64,000 nucleotides of DNA from an uncultured Poribacteria bacterium (lineage in GTDB: Bacteria; Poribacteria; WGA-4E; WGA-3G), in the NCBI GenBank assembly GCA_958296135.2, contig CATQHZ020000001.1:4032001-4096000 (forward strand), read 5' to 3'. Under the pieces are notes generated by a model. It had not been told where the DNA came from, searched no databases, and saw only the letters and a list, made by a program, of their open reading frames with translations. Shown piece by piece: positions 1-9,605 of this stretch (its first letter is position 1; the number at the start of each line of letters is the position of its first letter). Both the position numbers and the translations under genes were made by a program.

Positions 1-36
1 GGTCAGTCCTAAATGTAAAAAAAGGAGATCTGACTG

Positions 37-2175
37 ATGAAAAATATCGTACGCATGCGTTGGCTAATGCCAATTCTGGTATTCAGCTTGGTGTGCAGCT
101 TCAATTTGACAGCAGCTGCACAGAATTATTATCCCTCCGCCACTGGCAATATGTGGACATTAACTAGCGTCGATGGCACAGAGCAACGCACCTATTCGCT
201 TGAAGCCCCCGACATTGAAGTCGGTGAAGGGATTGTCCGCCTTAAAATCGCAACCGCAACCGTCGGCACAGACACGGTGGACATCGACAACTACTACGTC
301 ACCGTCGATGCGGAAGGGATTAAACTGCACCAAAGTATTACGGACGAAGGCGCGTTCGGCATCGCCGAAGCGCAGTTTGATCCGCCGGCTAGTTTTTTCC
401 CACTGCCGTTAGCTGCAGGGGATGCCTGGCAGATTGTCGCCGAGACCGAACTGAAACTCGTCGGCGCAACAACCAGCACCACTAGCGCAGAAGTTGTCGC
501 ACTTGAGACAGTCACAACGCCCGCGGGCACCTTTGATAACTGTGTCAAGATTCAGTTGAACCGTAGGGTTGTCACGCGCCTCGTCACAACGCGCTCAACC
601 TCCTATCAGTGGCTGGCACCCGATGTCGGCCCCGTCAAATATCAGAATGACCAGGATGTTGTCTATGAATTGACGAATTACAACGTTCTTCCCGAGACAC
701 CGGTGGTAGAAGAACCTATCGCCGAAGAAATGGAAACACCGGAAGTGCCAGAAACAGAGGAACCGGCGGATGAGGAAACTGGCGGAGAAGAACCAGCCGC
801 TGAGGAAACTGTAGAAACTGTCGAACCGGTGGCACCCGAAGAACCGGCGGATGAGGAAACTGGCGCAGAAGAACCAGCCGCTGAGGAAACTGATGGAGAA
901 GAACCAACTACTGAAGAACCGGCGGATGAGGAAACTGACGGAGAAGAACCAGCCGCTGAGGAAACTGTAGAAACTGTCGAACCGGTGGCACCCGAAGAAC
1001 CTGCCACAGGCGAACAGGTGATGCCAGCCGGCCCCAGTTTCGAGCTCGCACTGGAACCGGGATTGAACCTGATCTCTGTCCCACTGATGCCAGCCGAACC
1101 TTACACGGCGAAATCGCTCGCGGATATGTTAGGCGCAACGGTTGTCATCAAACTGGATTCGATGACTAAGGAATTTGTCGCCTACTCCATCGCGGAAGGT
1201 GATGACGGCTTTGCAATCGGCGGCGACCGCGGCTATATCGTCAATACCCCGGCCGGCGGGATGGTGACGTTCACGGGAGAAGCGTGGACAAATCTGCCTG
1301 CGGAAAAACCCGATGTTGAGGCACCAGCCGTAGAAGAACCCGCCGCTGAGGAACCTGTTGTCGTCGTGGAACCCGCCGCAGAAGAACCCGTTGTCGCTGA
1401 GACACCGGCAGCAGAAGAACCCGCCGAGGAACCTGTTGTCGTCGTGGAACCCGCCGCAGAAGAACCCGTTGTCGCTGAGACACCGGCAGCAGAAGAACCC
1501 GCCGAGGAACCTGTTGTCGCTGAGGGTGAAGGCGAAGCACCCGCTGCCCCGGCTCTCCGCATCTACAACAACGCATGGGCGTTCGTCGTCACCAGCGATT
1601 TGCAGGGAATGGAAGCCGGCGCGTCCTACACCGTCGTCGCAGAAAACCTGCGCACTGGCATTGTCACCACGAAGAGGGTTACCGGTGACGCGCAGCGCAG
1701 CTCCGCCGCTTGGGCAGATCTGAATCGCAAGAGCGTCGTGGAAGCCGGCGATAAACTGGAAGTCGCGCTCTACGATGCGCGCGGCACCATCGTCTCCGGG
1801 CCCTTCCAGCGCACCGTGACGACAGCGGATATCCGCAACGCCTATCTCACACTGCAACTGAGAGTCGGCGATGTGCAACCGAAGGATACCATCCTCGCGC
1901 AAAACTTCCCGAATCCGTTCAATCCAGAAACTTGGATCCCCTATCAGTTGAGCAAATCGACTGAAGTCACGCTCCAGATTTACGACATCTCTGGGCGTTT
2001 GGTTCGGACGTTGGAACTGGGATGGAAGCCGACCGGTTCTTATATGACGCGGTCTAGTGCGGCGTATTGGGATGGCAGAAACGAACTTGGCGAACGCGTC
2101 GCGAGCGGCACCTATTTTTATACGCTCCAGACGCAAGATTTCGCCGCCACCCGCCGGATGGTGATTCTCAAGTAG
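37..2175 (+). CDS. Secreted protein: N-terminal DUF3108-like beta domain, Glu/Pro/Ala-rich repeat linkers, C-terminal FlgD-Ig/T9SS-A-like sorting domain
   Basis: RBS AGGAG, signal peptide, TPAGTFDNC and WLAPDVG motifs, acidic repeats, C-terminus QNFPNPFNPETWIPYQL...YWDGRNELGERVASGTYFY. Confidence 0.85.
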   Translation: MKNIVRMRWLMPILVFSLVCSFNLTAAAQNYYPSATGNMWTLTSVDGTEQRTYSLEAPDIEVGEGIVRLKIATATVGTDTVDIDNYYVTVDAEGIKLHQSITDEGAFGIAEAQFDPPASFFPLPLAAGDAWQIVAETELKLVGATTSTTSAEVVALETVTTPAGTFDNCVKIQLNRRVVTRLVTTRSTSYQWLAPDVGPVKYQNDQDVVYELTNYNVLPETPVVEEPIAEEMETPEVPETEEPADEETGGEEPAAEETVETVEPVAPEEPADEETGAEEPAAEETDGEEPTTEEPADEETDGEEPAAEETVETVEPVAPEEPATGEQVMPAGPSFELALEPGLNLISVPLMPAEPYTAKSLADMLGATVVIKLDSMTKEFVAYSIAEGDDGFAIGGDRGYIVNTPAGGMVTFTGEAWTNLPAEKPDVEAPAVEEPAAEEPVVVVEPAAEEPVVAETPAAEEPAEEPVVVVEPAAEEPVVAETPAAEEPAEEPVVAEGEGEAPAAPALRIYNNAWAFVVTSDLQGMEAGASYTVVAENLRTGIVTTKRVTGDAQRSSAAWADLNRKSVVEAGDKLEVALYDARGTIVSGPFQRTVTTADIRNAYLTLQLRVGDVQPKDTILAQNFPNPFNPETWIPYQLSKSTEVTLQIYDISGRLVRTLELGWKPTGSYMTRSSAAYWDGRNELGERVASGTYFYTLQTQDFAATRRMVILK
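760..1002 (+). repeat. Intragenic direct repeats encoding EEPADEETGGEEPAAEETVETVEPVAPEEP
   Basis: Near-identical ~85-bp blocks starting near 760 and 917 with partial copies between. Confidence 0.85.
1348..1520 (+). repeat. Intragenic 78-bp tandem repeat (EEPVVVVEPAAEEPVVAETPAAEEPA)
   Basis: gaggaacctgttgtcg recurs at 1348, 1426 and 1504. Confidence 0.9.
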
Positions 2176-2186
2176 CCATCGCTGAT

Positions 2187-2236
2187 AAAAAACGCTCCGA
2201 GTCACCGGCACACCGCTGATTTGGGGCGTTTTTTTA
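2187..2236. terminator. Probable bidirectional intrinsic terminator
   Basis: aaaaaacgctccgag...tttggggcgtttttt stem flanked by A and T runs. Confidence 0.6.
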
Positions 2237-2251
2237 TGGAAGGAAAATCAA

Positions 2252-3046
2252 ATGCGCGTAAACAGCCTATTTGTGCTACCGCTATCGCTTTTACTAATCA
2301 GCAGCGTTGCGATGGCAGCACAAAACTATTATCCCATGGATATCGGCAACGTGTGGGTTTTAGAGAACCAAGACAGCACGGAACGAAGCACCTACACCGT
2401 TGAAGCAACTGGGGAGCAGGTCCGCCTGCTCAAAATGACGACAGAAACCCTAGGGACAGACGTTACCACGACAAACCGCGCTTTCGTAGAGGACACCGAA
2501 GATGGAATCAAGATCCACAAAATCATCGCAGACCTCGGCACAGTGTTCGGCGTAGCGAACGTTGATTTTTCGCCGCCTGCCACCTTTTTCCCGTCACCGA
2601 TGAAACTCGGCACCTCGTGGGAACTTGAGGCAACCACCGAGGTCAACCTCCTCGGCCCCGTGACACTTACCACGAATGCCGAAGTTATCGCATTAGAAGA
2701 TGTGATAACCCCTGCAGGAACGTTCAAACACTGCTTCAAAATTCGGTTGCGAAGCAAAACACGTTCCGCGTTGTTAACGAGCCGCTCCACTCTCTATCAA
2801 TGGCTGGCACCGAACATCGGTCCCGTGAGAATTGAAACCGATCAGGATATTGTATTTGAGCTCGTCTATTCCAATTTGATTTATGACGTGACAGGCGATG
2901 GGATTATCAACATCTTGGATCTGACGTTTGTGGCATCGCGTATTGGTCAGCCTGCGCCAGAGGCAGATGTCAACGGCGATGGCATTGTGAATATTTTGGA
3001 TTTGGTGCTTATCGCGCAGCATTTTGCTTCCCGACTTCCACCGTAG
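2252..3046 (+). CDS. Secreted protein, paralog of the N-terminal domain of 37..2175, with C-terminal dockerin-like repeats
   Basis: Signal peptide, QNYYP/TPAGTF/YQWLAP motifs, DVTGDGIINILDL and DVNGDGIVNILDL. Confidence 0.85.
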   Translation: MRVNSLFVLPLSLLLISSVAMAAQNYYPMDIGNVWVLENQDSTERSTYTVEATGEQVRLLKMTTETLGTDVTTTNRAFVEDTEDGIKIHKIIADLGTVFGVANVDFSPPATFFPSPMKLGTSWELEATTEVNLLGPVTLTTNAEVIALEDVITPAGTFKHCFKIRLRSKTRSALLTSRSTLYQWLAPNIGPVRIETDQDIVFELVYSNLIYDVTGDGIINILDLTFVASRIGQPAPEADVNGDGIVNILDLVLIAQHFASRLPP

Positions 3047-4195
3047 CGCGGCGGCCTGTCCGCCGCGATCGCCCGATCCCCCAAACGGCCCCTTTTACCG
3101 TAGCGCGAGGGCCCGGCGATCGCGAATCGCCGAGGGTTCCCCTCGCGATCTCTCGACCCACACCAAAACCGGCCGCAGCCCAGAGACCGCGAACGCTTTC
3201 TGTGACGACCGAGGCATGGCGAGGCACAGGACCTCGCCCTACGGTGCGCGGGGCGGCTTGTGTCTGCCGTAGCGCGAGGGCCGTCACGCCGAAACTTTGT
3301 CCTCTCTGCCGCCTCGCTGCAGATATGTCCACTGTCCCTCGCGATCCTCCGACCTGAACAAAGAACATCCCTTTTACCGTAGCGCGAGGGCCGTTACGCC
3401 GAAACGTTGTCATCTCTGCAGCCTCGCTGCAGAGATGTCCACTGTCCCTCGCGATCTCTCGATCCACACGAAAAACACCACTGCCACCGGAGCGCGAGGG
3501 CCGTCACGCCGAAACTTTGTCCTCTCTGCCGCCTCGCTGCAGATATGTCCACTGTCCCTCGCGAACGCCCGATCCAAACGAAAACCTCCCGCAGTCCAGC
3601 GGCCGCGAACGCTTTCTGTGACGACCGAGGCATGGCGAGGCACAGGACCTCGCCCTACGGTGCGCGGGGCGGCTTGTGGCTGCCGTAGCGCGAGGGCCGT
3701 TACGCCGAAAGGTTGTCATCTCTGCAGTCCCGCTGCAGAGATGTCTACTGTCCCTCGCGATCCCCCGATCCACACCAAAACCGGCCGGGGCCCTGGCTTC
3801 GCCTGTTTTTTGATGCGAGCAAGCACGGCGAGGCACAGGACCTCGCCCTACGGGCCGCAGGGCCGATTTGCCTCTCACTACCGTAGCGCGAGGGCCCGGC
3901 GAGCGCGAATCGCCGAGGGGTCCCCTCGCGATCGCCAGATCCAAACGAAAACCACCGCCTTGCACCGTAGCGCGAGGGCCTGTCCCTCGCGATCGTCCGA
4001 TCCACACGAAAGCCGTCCGCAGCCCAGAGACCGCGAACGCTTTCTGATGCGACCGAGGCATGGCGAGGCACAGGCCCTCGCCCTACGGTGAAAGGAACGC
4101 GCGCGGCACGGCGAGGGACAGGCCCTCGCCCTACGGTAAAAGGAACGCGCGCGGCACGGCGAGGCATCGGGACCAGGAGGTCCCTCCTACCGGAC
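3041..4195. repeat. Large mosaic of GTAG-type REP palindromes (BIME/REPIN-like)
   Basis: About 8 copies of ccgtagcgcgagggc...ccctcgcga and about 5 inverted ggcgaggcacaggacctcgccctacgg, with larger duplicated blocks. Confidence 0.9.
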
Positions 4196-4217
4196 ACTTT
4201 TTTCACGCGAAAACAAC

Positions 4218-5804
4218 CTATTTATTTTCTGGATCTTCAGATGAATTCCGGCATGCTATAGACTCGCGCGCATCCAACGTCAAATCACTCCAGGGCGCAT
4301 CCCGCATCTGCCACGCAAACGTGAGCGGCGACTCGCCGCCGTTATAGAAAACCACTTCCGCGCCAGAATCCGCGCCAATCAGAGGCCGCACGAGAGAGAG
4401 GAGCGGCGATGGCAGATGTGGTTCTCCGTTTTGCCGTTTGACATGCAAAATCGGCACAATCTCACTCTGAATGTCACGCGTGCCGAGCAAAAGCGGTCCG
4501 TAGCATGCCGTCACCGCGCCTTGTCCCCAGTTGCGTCCATGGCCGGCGGCGACAGAGCAGACTGCGCCGCCCATATCGGCGTGCTCCCTCCCACCGCGCA
4601 ACACGCGCCGGGCGATAGTCAAACGCGTCGCAGCACCTCCCAACGCCCGCGCCGCGAACGATACATCCCCCGTTACTTGATACGCGAGCGTCAACGTCGC
4701 AGTCGACGGTTCACGAATCGGTTTGACAGAGCCGTCATCTGCCCATTCTCCCCAGTATGCCATATCGGCGCGTTTTCCAACCCCGGGTTCGCGGCGGCGA
4801 ATCTCCTGCGGAAACACAAGCGCGAGCAAATCCGGCGGAGAAGCCGGCAGCTTCTCCACCTGCGCACGGATGTCGGCATCGAAGACAGCATCGTTAAATG
4901 TCCAGCGATAATAACTGAGCGCGGCTGCAGCCGGATCATTGTAAGGGTCGCGCAGGGAATCCACTAGCGGTCCAACGATGCGCTTCGCTGCCCTCTGGAA
5001 AACAGTGTCACCGGACAGCCGATACAGAGCTCCGAGTGCATAGATGGCACCGGAGGCGAGGAGGACTTCAATGCCTGCACTCGGGTCGTTCGGGACGTGG
5101 TGTGTGCTTGCAACAAGCCGATGTAAATTCTTGGCATCGACCTCCGTCTCGCTGAGCCCATTTCCGTCCAAATCCCAAAGCAACGGCATCGGGTCTGGCG
5201 CGGCGACGAGGCGTTCAGCCCGCTTCTTCCCGTAGCGCAACGCCCACTCCAGATAGCGGCTTTCGCGCGTGACACGATACGCCGCGAGGGCGATGTGAAT
5301 AAATCGGAAGTGCTCCGCCAATTCATAAGCGTCCTTCTCGGCGTTCTCCACAAAACGACTGCCGATGTTATAGCCGATGAAGGTATCGCGTTCATAATCA
5401 TACCACGGCGGGATTTCCGGTACCCAATTCCCGATGTGTTCGGCAGCATCTGTCAACAGCGCGACAGCTTCCGTATCTTCCGGCACTACGCCGATATAGC
5501 GCGGTAGGAAGAGCAGAAAAGGCTCAGGCCCGTGGTGCGCCTCCGCCTTCGGTTCGTACCCGTGGTGGCAATCGCGTTCCACCCATCCTGCCAGCGCGGT
5601 TTTCAGGGAACCGAAGTGTTGCAGGACAGCCGCATCCCCAGTAATCAGATAGTGAGGAAACCATGCAAGGGCATAGTTTGCTTCGTCCTCGCCGCCATCG
5701 TTTGGCCCGGGCGGATCGAGCAGCATGCTCTGTTTGAGCCACCGTCCCATTTCTGTCCTGAGCGCGGTGTAAGCAGTCCAGCATTCATGGATAAGATTTT
5801 TCAT
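4218..5804 (-). CDS. Hypothetical protein, possibly alpha/alpha-toroid (glycoside hydrolase-like)
   Basis: 528-aa ORF; helical motifs such as LAAYRVTRESRYLEWA and LYRLSGDTVFQRAA; function inferred only. Confidence 0.6.
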   Translation of the reverse strand: MKNLIHECWTAYTALRTEMGRWLKQSMLLDPPGPNDGGEDEANYALAWFPHYLITGDAAVLQHFGSLKTALAGWVERDCHHGYEPKAEAHHGPEPFLLFLPRYIGVVPEDTEAVALLTDAAEHIGNWVPEIPPWYDYERDTFIGYNIGSRFVENAEKDAYELAEHFRFIHIALAAYRVTRESRYLEWALRYGKKRAERLVAAPDPMPLLWDLDGNGLSETEVDAKNLHRLVASTHHVPNDPSAGIEVLLASGAIYALGALYRLSGDTVFQRAAKRIVGPLVDSLRDPYNDPAAAALSYYRWTFNDAVFDADIRAQVEKLPASPPDLLALVFPQEIRRREPGVGKRADMAYWGEWADDGSVKPIREPSTATLTLAYQVTGDVSFAARALGGAATRLTIARRVLRGGREHADMGGAVCSVAAGHGRNWGQGAVTACYGPLLLGTRDIQSEIVPILHVKRQNGEPHLPSPLLSLVRPLIGADSGAEVVFYNGGESPLTFAWQMRDAPWSDLTLDARESIACRNSSEDPENK

Positions 5805-5907
5805 AAGTTTGCACCTACTTGCATCAAAATGTCACTTTTTTCATCAGAAGGTGTTCAAAAAATAGACAATATCTTCTCAAAATCGCCGAAAATCAACGAT
5901 TTCTTAT

Positions 5908-5923
5908 TGGCACAGAAATTGCT
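5908..5923 (+). promoter_or_regulatory. Sigma-54 (-24/-12) promoter with adjacent IHF-like site
   Basis: TGGCAC-AGAAA-TTGCT matches TGGCAC-N5-TTGCW exactly; AATCAACGATTTC at 5891-5903 matches WATCAANNNNTTR except the last base. Confidence 0.7.
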
Positions 5924-5933
5924 TAGACTCTTA

Positions 5934-6034
5934 ACGTAAGCCTCCTTGGGTGAGCCGGAACCACACAACCTCGGTTTGTCATGATACTGCGTTAGATGAT
6001 ATGATTGGGGCAACGTGGCTTCCGGCTCTTTTTT
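5934..6034 (+). ncRNA. Candidate sigma-54-dependent small RNA
   Basis: Starts 12 nt after the -12 GC; 5' CCTCCTT; long hairpin gagccggaaccac(5952-5964)/gtggcttccggctc(6015-6028) followed by T6. Confidence 0.5.
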
Positions 6035-6092
6035 CATGATAGGCATGACGCACAAACAACTGAGAAAAGAGATGGATTTTGCGTGAGGCCGA

Positions 6093-7580
6093 TTATGAAA
6101 TCAATTTCCGTAAGGTGCGGATGGGCGTGCTCTCCGAGAACCATTGCCCCGCCACGCGCCACACACTGCTCGAAAACGTCGGATACACGTGCATCATCCC
6201 GCTCAACTTCCGGAGCGGTATTCCCTGCCGCATCGCCAGCACGTATTCATGGAGAACCTCTCCCGCATGCGCGCCGACAAGGTGAACCCCCAATATCTTC
6301 CCGCGCCACCGGCTCGCGATAACTTTAGTAAAGCCGCGCGTCTCGCCTTCAGCGACTGCCCTGTCCACGTCCGCCTGCGCGAGGGTGAAGACATCAACAT
6401 CGCCATATTTTTCGCGCGCTTCTACCTCGGTCAAGCCGCATCGCGCTACCTCAGGCTCACAAAACGTCGTCCACGGCACGACAGAATAGGCAATCTTCTT
6501 GGAGAAAGGAAAGAAGATATTCCGCAAAATCAGTTGCGCTTGATAAGCGGCGACGTGCGTGAAAAGATAATGCCCGATGACATCGCCCGCCGCATAGATA
6601 TTTTTCACGTTCGTCTGCAGTTTGCTGTTAACCTCAATCCCGCGCGTGTTGACATTCACGCCGATTTCCTCAAGGCCGAGTCCTTCCACATTCGGCGCGC
6701 GCCCAGCGGCAATTAAGATTTTGTCAAATTGTTGTGATTCGGCACGGTTTTTATCGTCACGGAACGTAACGTTCAGCGAACTCTCGGCATGGCGAGGGAC
6801 AGGTTTCCCGCGCCCTACCGGAGGAGGGGCATCGCGGTTGTCAATGCGCGCAATCTCCGTGTTGAGGCGGATAGTCATTCCCTCCTCTCGGAGGAAGTCT
6901 AGCAAACACGCGGAGACATCAACATCTTCCTTCGTCAGAATTCGAGCTCCCCGTTGCGCAAAAGTCACCTCCGCCCCGAGGCGATGAAAAGCCTGTCCCA
7001 ATTCAACCCCAATCGGGCCTGCACCGACAACGAGCAGACGCTTAGGCAATGCTTCTAACTCCCAGACCGTTTCACTATCCAGATACTCACAGGTTTCTAT
7101 CCCAGGAATAGATGGCACAGCGGGCCGAGAACCGGTGCTGATGACAAACTTTTTGCTGGTGAGGGTTCGCGTTTGTCCGCTTTCGGTATCCTCAACGACG
7201 AACGTATTACGTGACGTAAAATGCCCACTGCCGAAGATGACATCAACCCCCATATCCCGAAATCTTTCAGGGTTATCGTGCGCCTCTTCGATTTTCTGCT
7301 GTGTGCTGCGCACATACGCCATCGCTTGCTGGAAATCGGGCGCGCGGTTGAAAACCTCACCCTCGCCGAAAAACCCATATTTTTCTGCATGCTGGAGCTC
7401 ATTCGCAACCTTCGCCACTTTGAGAAGTGCTTTGGACGGCACGCACCCTGTCCAGAGGCAATCTCCACCGATGCGGTGCTTCTCGATGAGCGCAGTTTTC
7501 TTACCCAACTTCGCACCTGCCACGGCGAGCACCAATCCCGCGCTGCCACCGCCGATAATTGTCACATCGTAGTTTGTCAC
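6093..7580 (-). CDS. FAD-dependent pyridine nucleotide-disulfide oxidoreductase (mercuric reductase/dihydrolipoamide dehydrogenase family)
   Basis: GGGSAG, GGDCLWTGCVPSK redox motif, GAGPIG, HVYPT. Confidence 0.9.
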   Translation of the reverse strand: MTNYDVTIIGGGSAGLVLAVAGAKLGKKTALIEKHRIGGDCLWTGCVPSKALLKVAKVANELQHAEKYGFFGEGEVFNRAPDFQQAMAYVRSTQQKIEEAHDNPERFRDMGVDVIFGSGHFTSRNTFVVEDTESGQTRTLTSKKFVISTGSRPAVPSIPGIETCEYLDSETVWELEALPKRLLVVGAGPIGVELGQAFHRLGAEVTFAQRGARILTKEDVDVSACLLDFLREEGMTIRLNTEIARIDNRDAPPPVGRGKPVPRHAESSLNVTFRDDKNRAESQQFDKILIAAGRAPNVEGLGLEEIGVNVNTRGIEVNSKLQTNVKNIYAAGDVIGHYLFTHVAAYQAQLILRNIFFPFSKKIAYSVVPWTTFCEPEVARCGLTEVEAREKYGDVDVFTLAQADVDRAVAEGETRGFTKVIASRWRGKILGVHLVGAHAGEVLHEYVLAMRQGIPLRKLSGMMHVYPTFSSSVWRVAGQWFSESTPIRTLRKLIS

Positions 7581-7590
7581 AGTCTTCTAC

Positions 7591-7792
7591 CCTTGTAGGA
7601 GAGCCCTCCCCTCGGTAGGAGGGACATCCCTGTCCCGACACCTCCCCTCGGTAAGAGAGACATCCCGCGTCTCGATTATCCCCTCGGTAGGAGGGACATC
7701 CTGGTCCCGATATGAGTGAAAAAAACGCCCCGTAGGAGGGACCTCCTGGTCCCGATACCGCACCCATCGAGACCGGGAGGTCTCTCCTACAA
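7591..7792. repeat. REP cluster, GTAGGAG(A/G)GAC type
   Basis: Five direct gtaggagggacatcc...tcccga-like units and one inverted copy. Confidence 0.85.
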
Positions 7793-7841
7793 GAACTAAC
7801 ATCGGAGGGTTGCGCGCCCCAACTACAGAAGGAATTTTGCA

Positions 7842-9389
7842 TTACCTTTTCATCCGCAGCACACGCCCCGGGAGTCGCCCCGTCGCATTTCCCGCTGCAA
7901 TGACAGGAACGCCGTTAACGAATACCCACTCCACACCGACAGGCAGTTGAACCGGTGCTGCCCAGGTCGACCGGGCTGCCACGGTATCCGGATTGAAAAT
8001 AACGATGTCCGCGGCAAGTCCACGGGCGATTCTACCCCTGTCAGCTAGGCGAAAGCGTTCCGCCGGAAATCCGCTCATTTTATACACAGCCTCCTTCAGA
8101 GAGACAAGCTTCCGTTCACGCACGAACTTGCCGAGATACTGCACAAAACAGCCGTAACTGCGCGGGTGTGGATGCGGAATATTGTAAACGCCATCGCTGG
8201 CAATCATCATGCGCGGATGCGCCGCCGTCCGGTCCAAAATCCGTTCGTTTTCTGCCGGCGATGTCGCCCACGGCATCACAGCGGTTTCAATGCAAGCCTC
8301 TTCGCGAACCAGGTCAAACCCGAATGCCGCGTGGGATTTGCCTTCACTTTTCGCCGCCTCGGCGAGCGGCATCCCGATAAAGCGACCGGAACGAGTATAA
8401 CCCACAATCTGGTTGCCTTCCCCCAATTCTTCCTGCAAATACGCAATCGATTTCTCGCGGACAGCCGGCTTCTCCAAATTTGCCAACATATCTGTCGGCG
8501 CACCTGTCTGAAACTCCATCGGCAGCATCATTGCGAGATGCGTCATGCCCGCAGGATAAAGGTAAGATTCAAACGTCAGATCGATGTCGTTCCTGTCAAC
8601 TTGCTCAAGCACCTCAGCGGCTTCTGCATCCACTCGTTCATGCGAGATATGTACCGGGATTTCGGCCTGCTGTGCGATGGCAATCGTCTCCTCCCACGCG
8701 CGTTTTCTGCCGACGAGACGGTAGCGGATATGCGCCGCATAAATGGCATCGTAAGCCGCCGCGATTTTTGAGAGAAACACTAACTCGCGTAAATCCGCAT
8801 TCGCCGACGGCTGATAGTCAAGTCCCAAACAGAGACAGCATGCCCCCGCTTCCAACCACTCGCGCGTGGCGCGTGCCATCGCCTTCAATTCGGCATCGGT
8901 AGCCGGACGCGCATCCCATCCCATCGCCCCAAGGCGCACGGCACAATGCGGCACCTGCGGATAGAGATTGGCTGGAATGCGGCCGTGAAAAATGTCCAAA
9001 TACGCATCAGGCGTTTGCCAATCCAGAGCCAATTTTGCATCGCCGTATGCAAATTGTGTATAGTGCCACAATTCTCCCGCGAGCTTTGGAGACAAAGGTG
9101 CCCAGCCGAAACCATCGGGAGCGGCCAAGTGTGTCGTCACGCCTTGACTGACAGCGGCGAACTGATCGCGGCCGCCAAGCAGCGCAATCTCGGAATGGAC
9201 ATGCACATCAACGAAGCCGGGACAGACGACGCTATCCTTCGCAGAAATCCGATGCGCCGTTTCCGCATCCCGAAGCACGCCGATAGCGGCAATTGTGTCG
9301 CCTTGAATGCCGATATCCGCAACGAACGGAGCCCGCTTGCCGGTGCCATCAACGATGCTCCCACCCTCAATTATCACATCAAATCCCAT
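7842..9389 (-). CDS. N-acyl-D-amino-acid deacylase family amidohydrolase
   Basis: PGFVDVHVH, SDG, HPHPRSYG, GRIARGLAADIVIF; start chosen after RBS GGAGGTG. Confidence 0.9.
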   Translation of the reverse strand: MGFDVIIEGGSIVDGTGKRAPFVADIGIQGDTIAAIGVLRDAETAHRISAKDSVVCPGFVDVHVHSEIALLGGRDQFAAVSQGVTTHLAAPDGFGWAPLSPKLAGELWHYTQFAYGDAKLALDWQTPDAYLDIFHGRIPANLYPQVPHCAVRLGAMGWDARPATDAELKAMARATREWLEAGACCLCLGLDYQPSANADLRELVFLSKIAAAYDAIYAAHIRYRLVGRKRAWEETIAIAQQAEIPVHISHERVDAEAAEVLEQVDRNDIDLTFESYLYPAGMTHLAMMLPMEFQTGAPTDMLANLEKPAVREKSIAYLQEELGEGNQIVGYTRSGRFIGMPLAEAAKSEGKSHAAFGFDLVREEACIETAVMPWATSPAENERILDRTAAHPRMMIASDGVYNIPHPHPRSYGCFVQYLGKFVRERKLVSLKEAVYKMSGFPAERFRLADRGRIARGLAADIVIFNPDTVAARSTWAAPVQLPVGVEWVFVNGVPVIAAGNATGRLPGRVLRMKR

Positions 9390-9539
9390 CACATTCACCT
9401 CCTTTGTGTCAACGAGTCTAGCATGAAAAACTAAAGGTGTCAAGAAGAAAAGTGCGCGTGCAGGCCTATTTAGTTCCCCAAGCCCGAATTACAGAACAGG
9501 AGAACTGAAACGAAATGCAACCGCGCCACAATTATTTTC

Positions 9540-9568
9540 TTGACAAAAAAGATTCGTTATGATAGACT
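9540..9568 (+). promoter_or_regulatory. Sigma-70 promoter
   Basis: TTGACA-17 bp-TAGACT. Confidence 0.6.
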
Positions 9569-9605
9569 AAATGGACGATACATTACATTTTGGGGAGGAA
9601 TACAG

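Noticed and set aside
1129-2211. Long antisense ORFs (also 10007-11221, 19858-20958, 30965-32281)
   Set aside because: Shadow frames of well-supported genes, expected with this codon bias.
3041-4195. CRISPR array
   Set aside because: Units vary in length and orientation, the intervening sequences are related to each other, and there are no cas genes; it fits REP mosaics.
3009-4347. Several 80-260 aa ORFs on both strands
   Set aside because: They are translations of GC-rich palindromic repeats with no RBS or domain signal.
6093-7580. True mercuric reductase MerA
   Set aside because: No C-terminal Cys-Cys pair, no N-terminal metal-binding domain and no mer operon.
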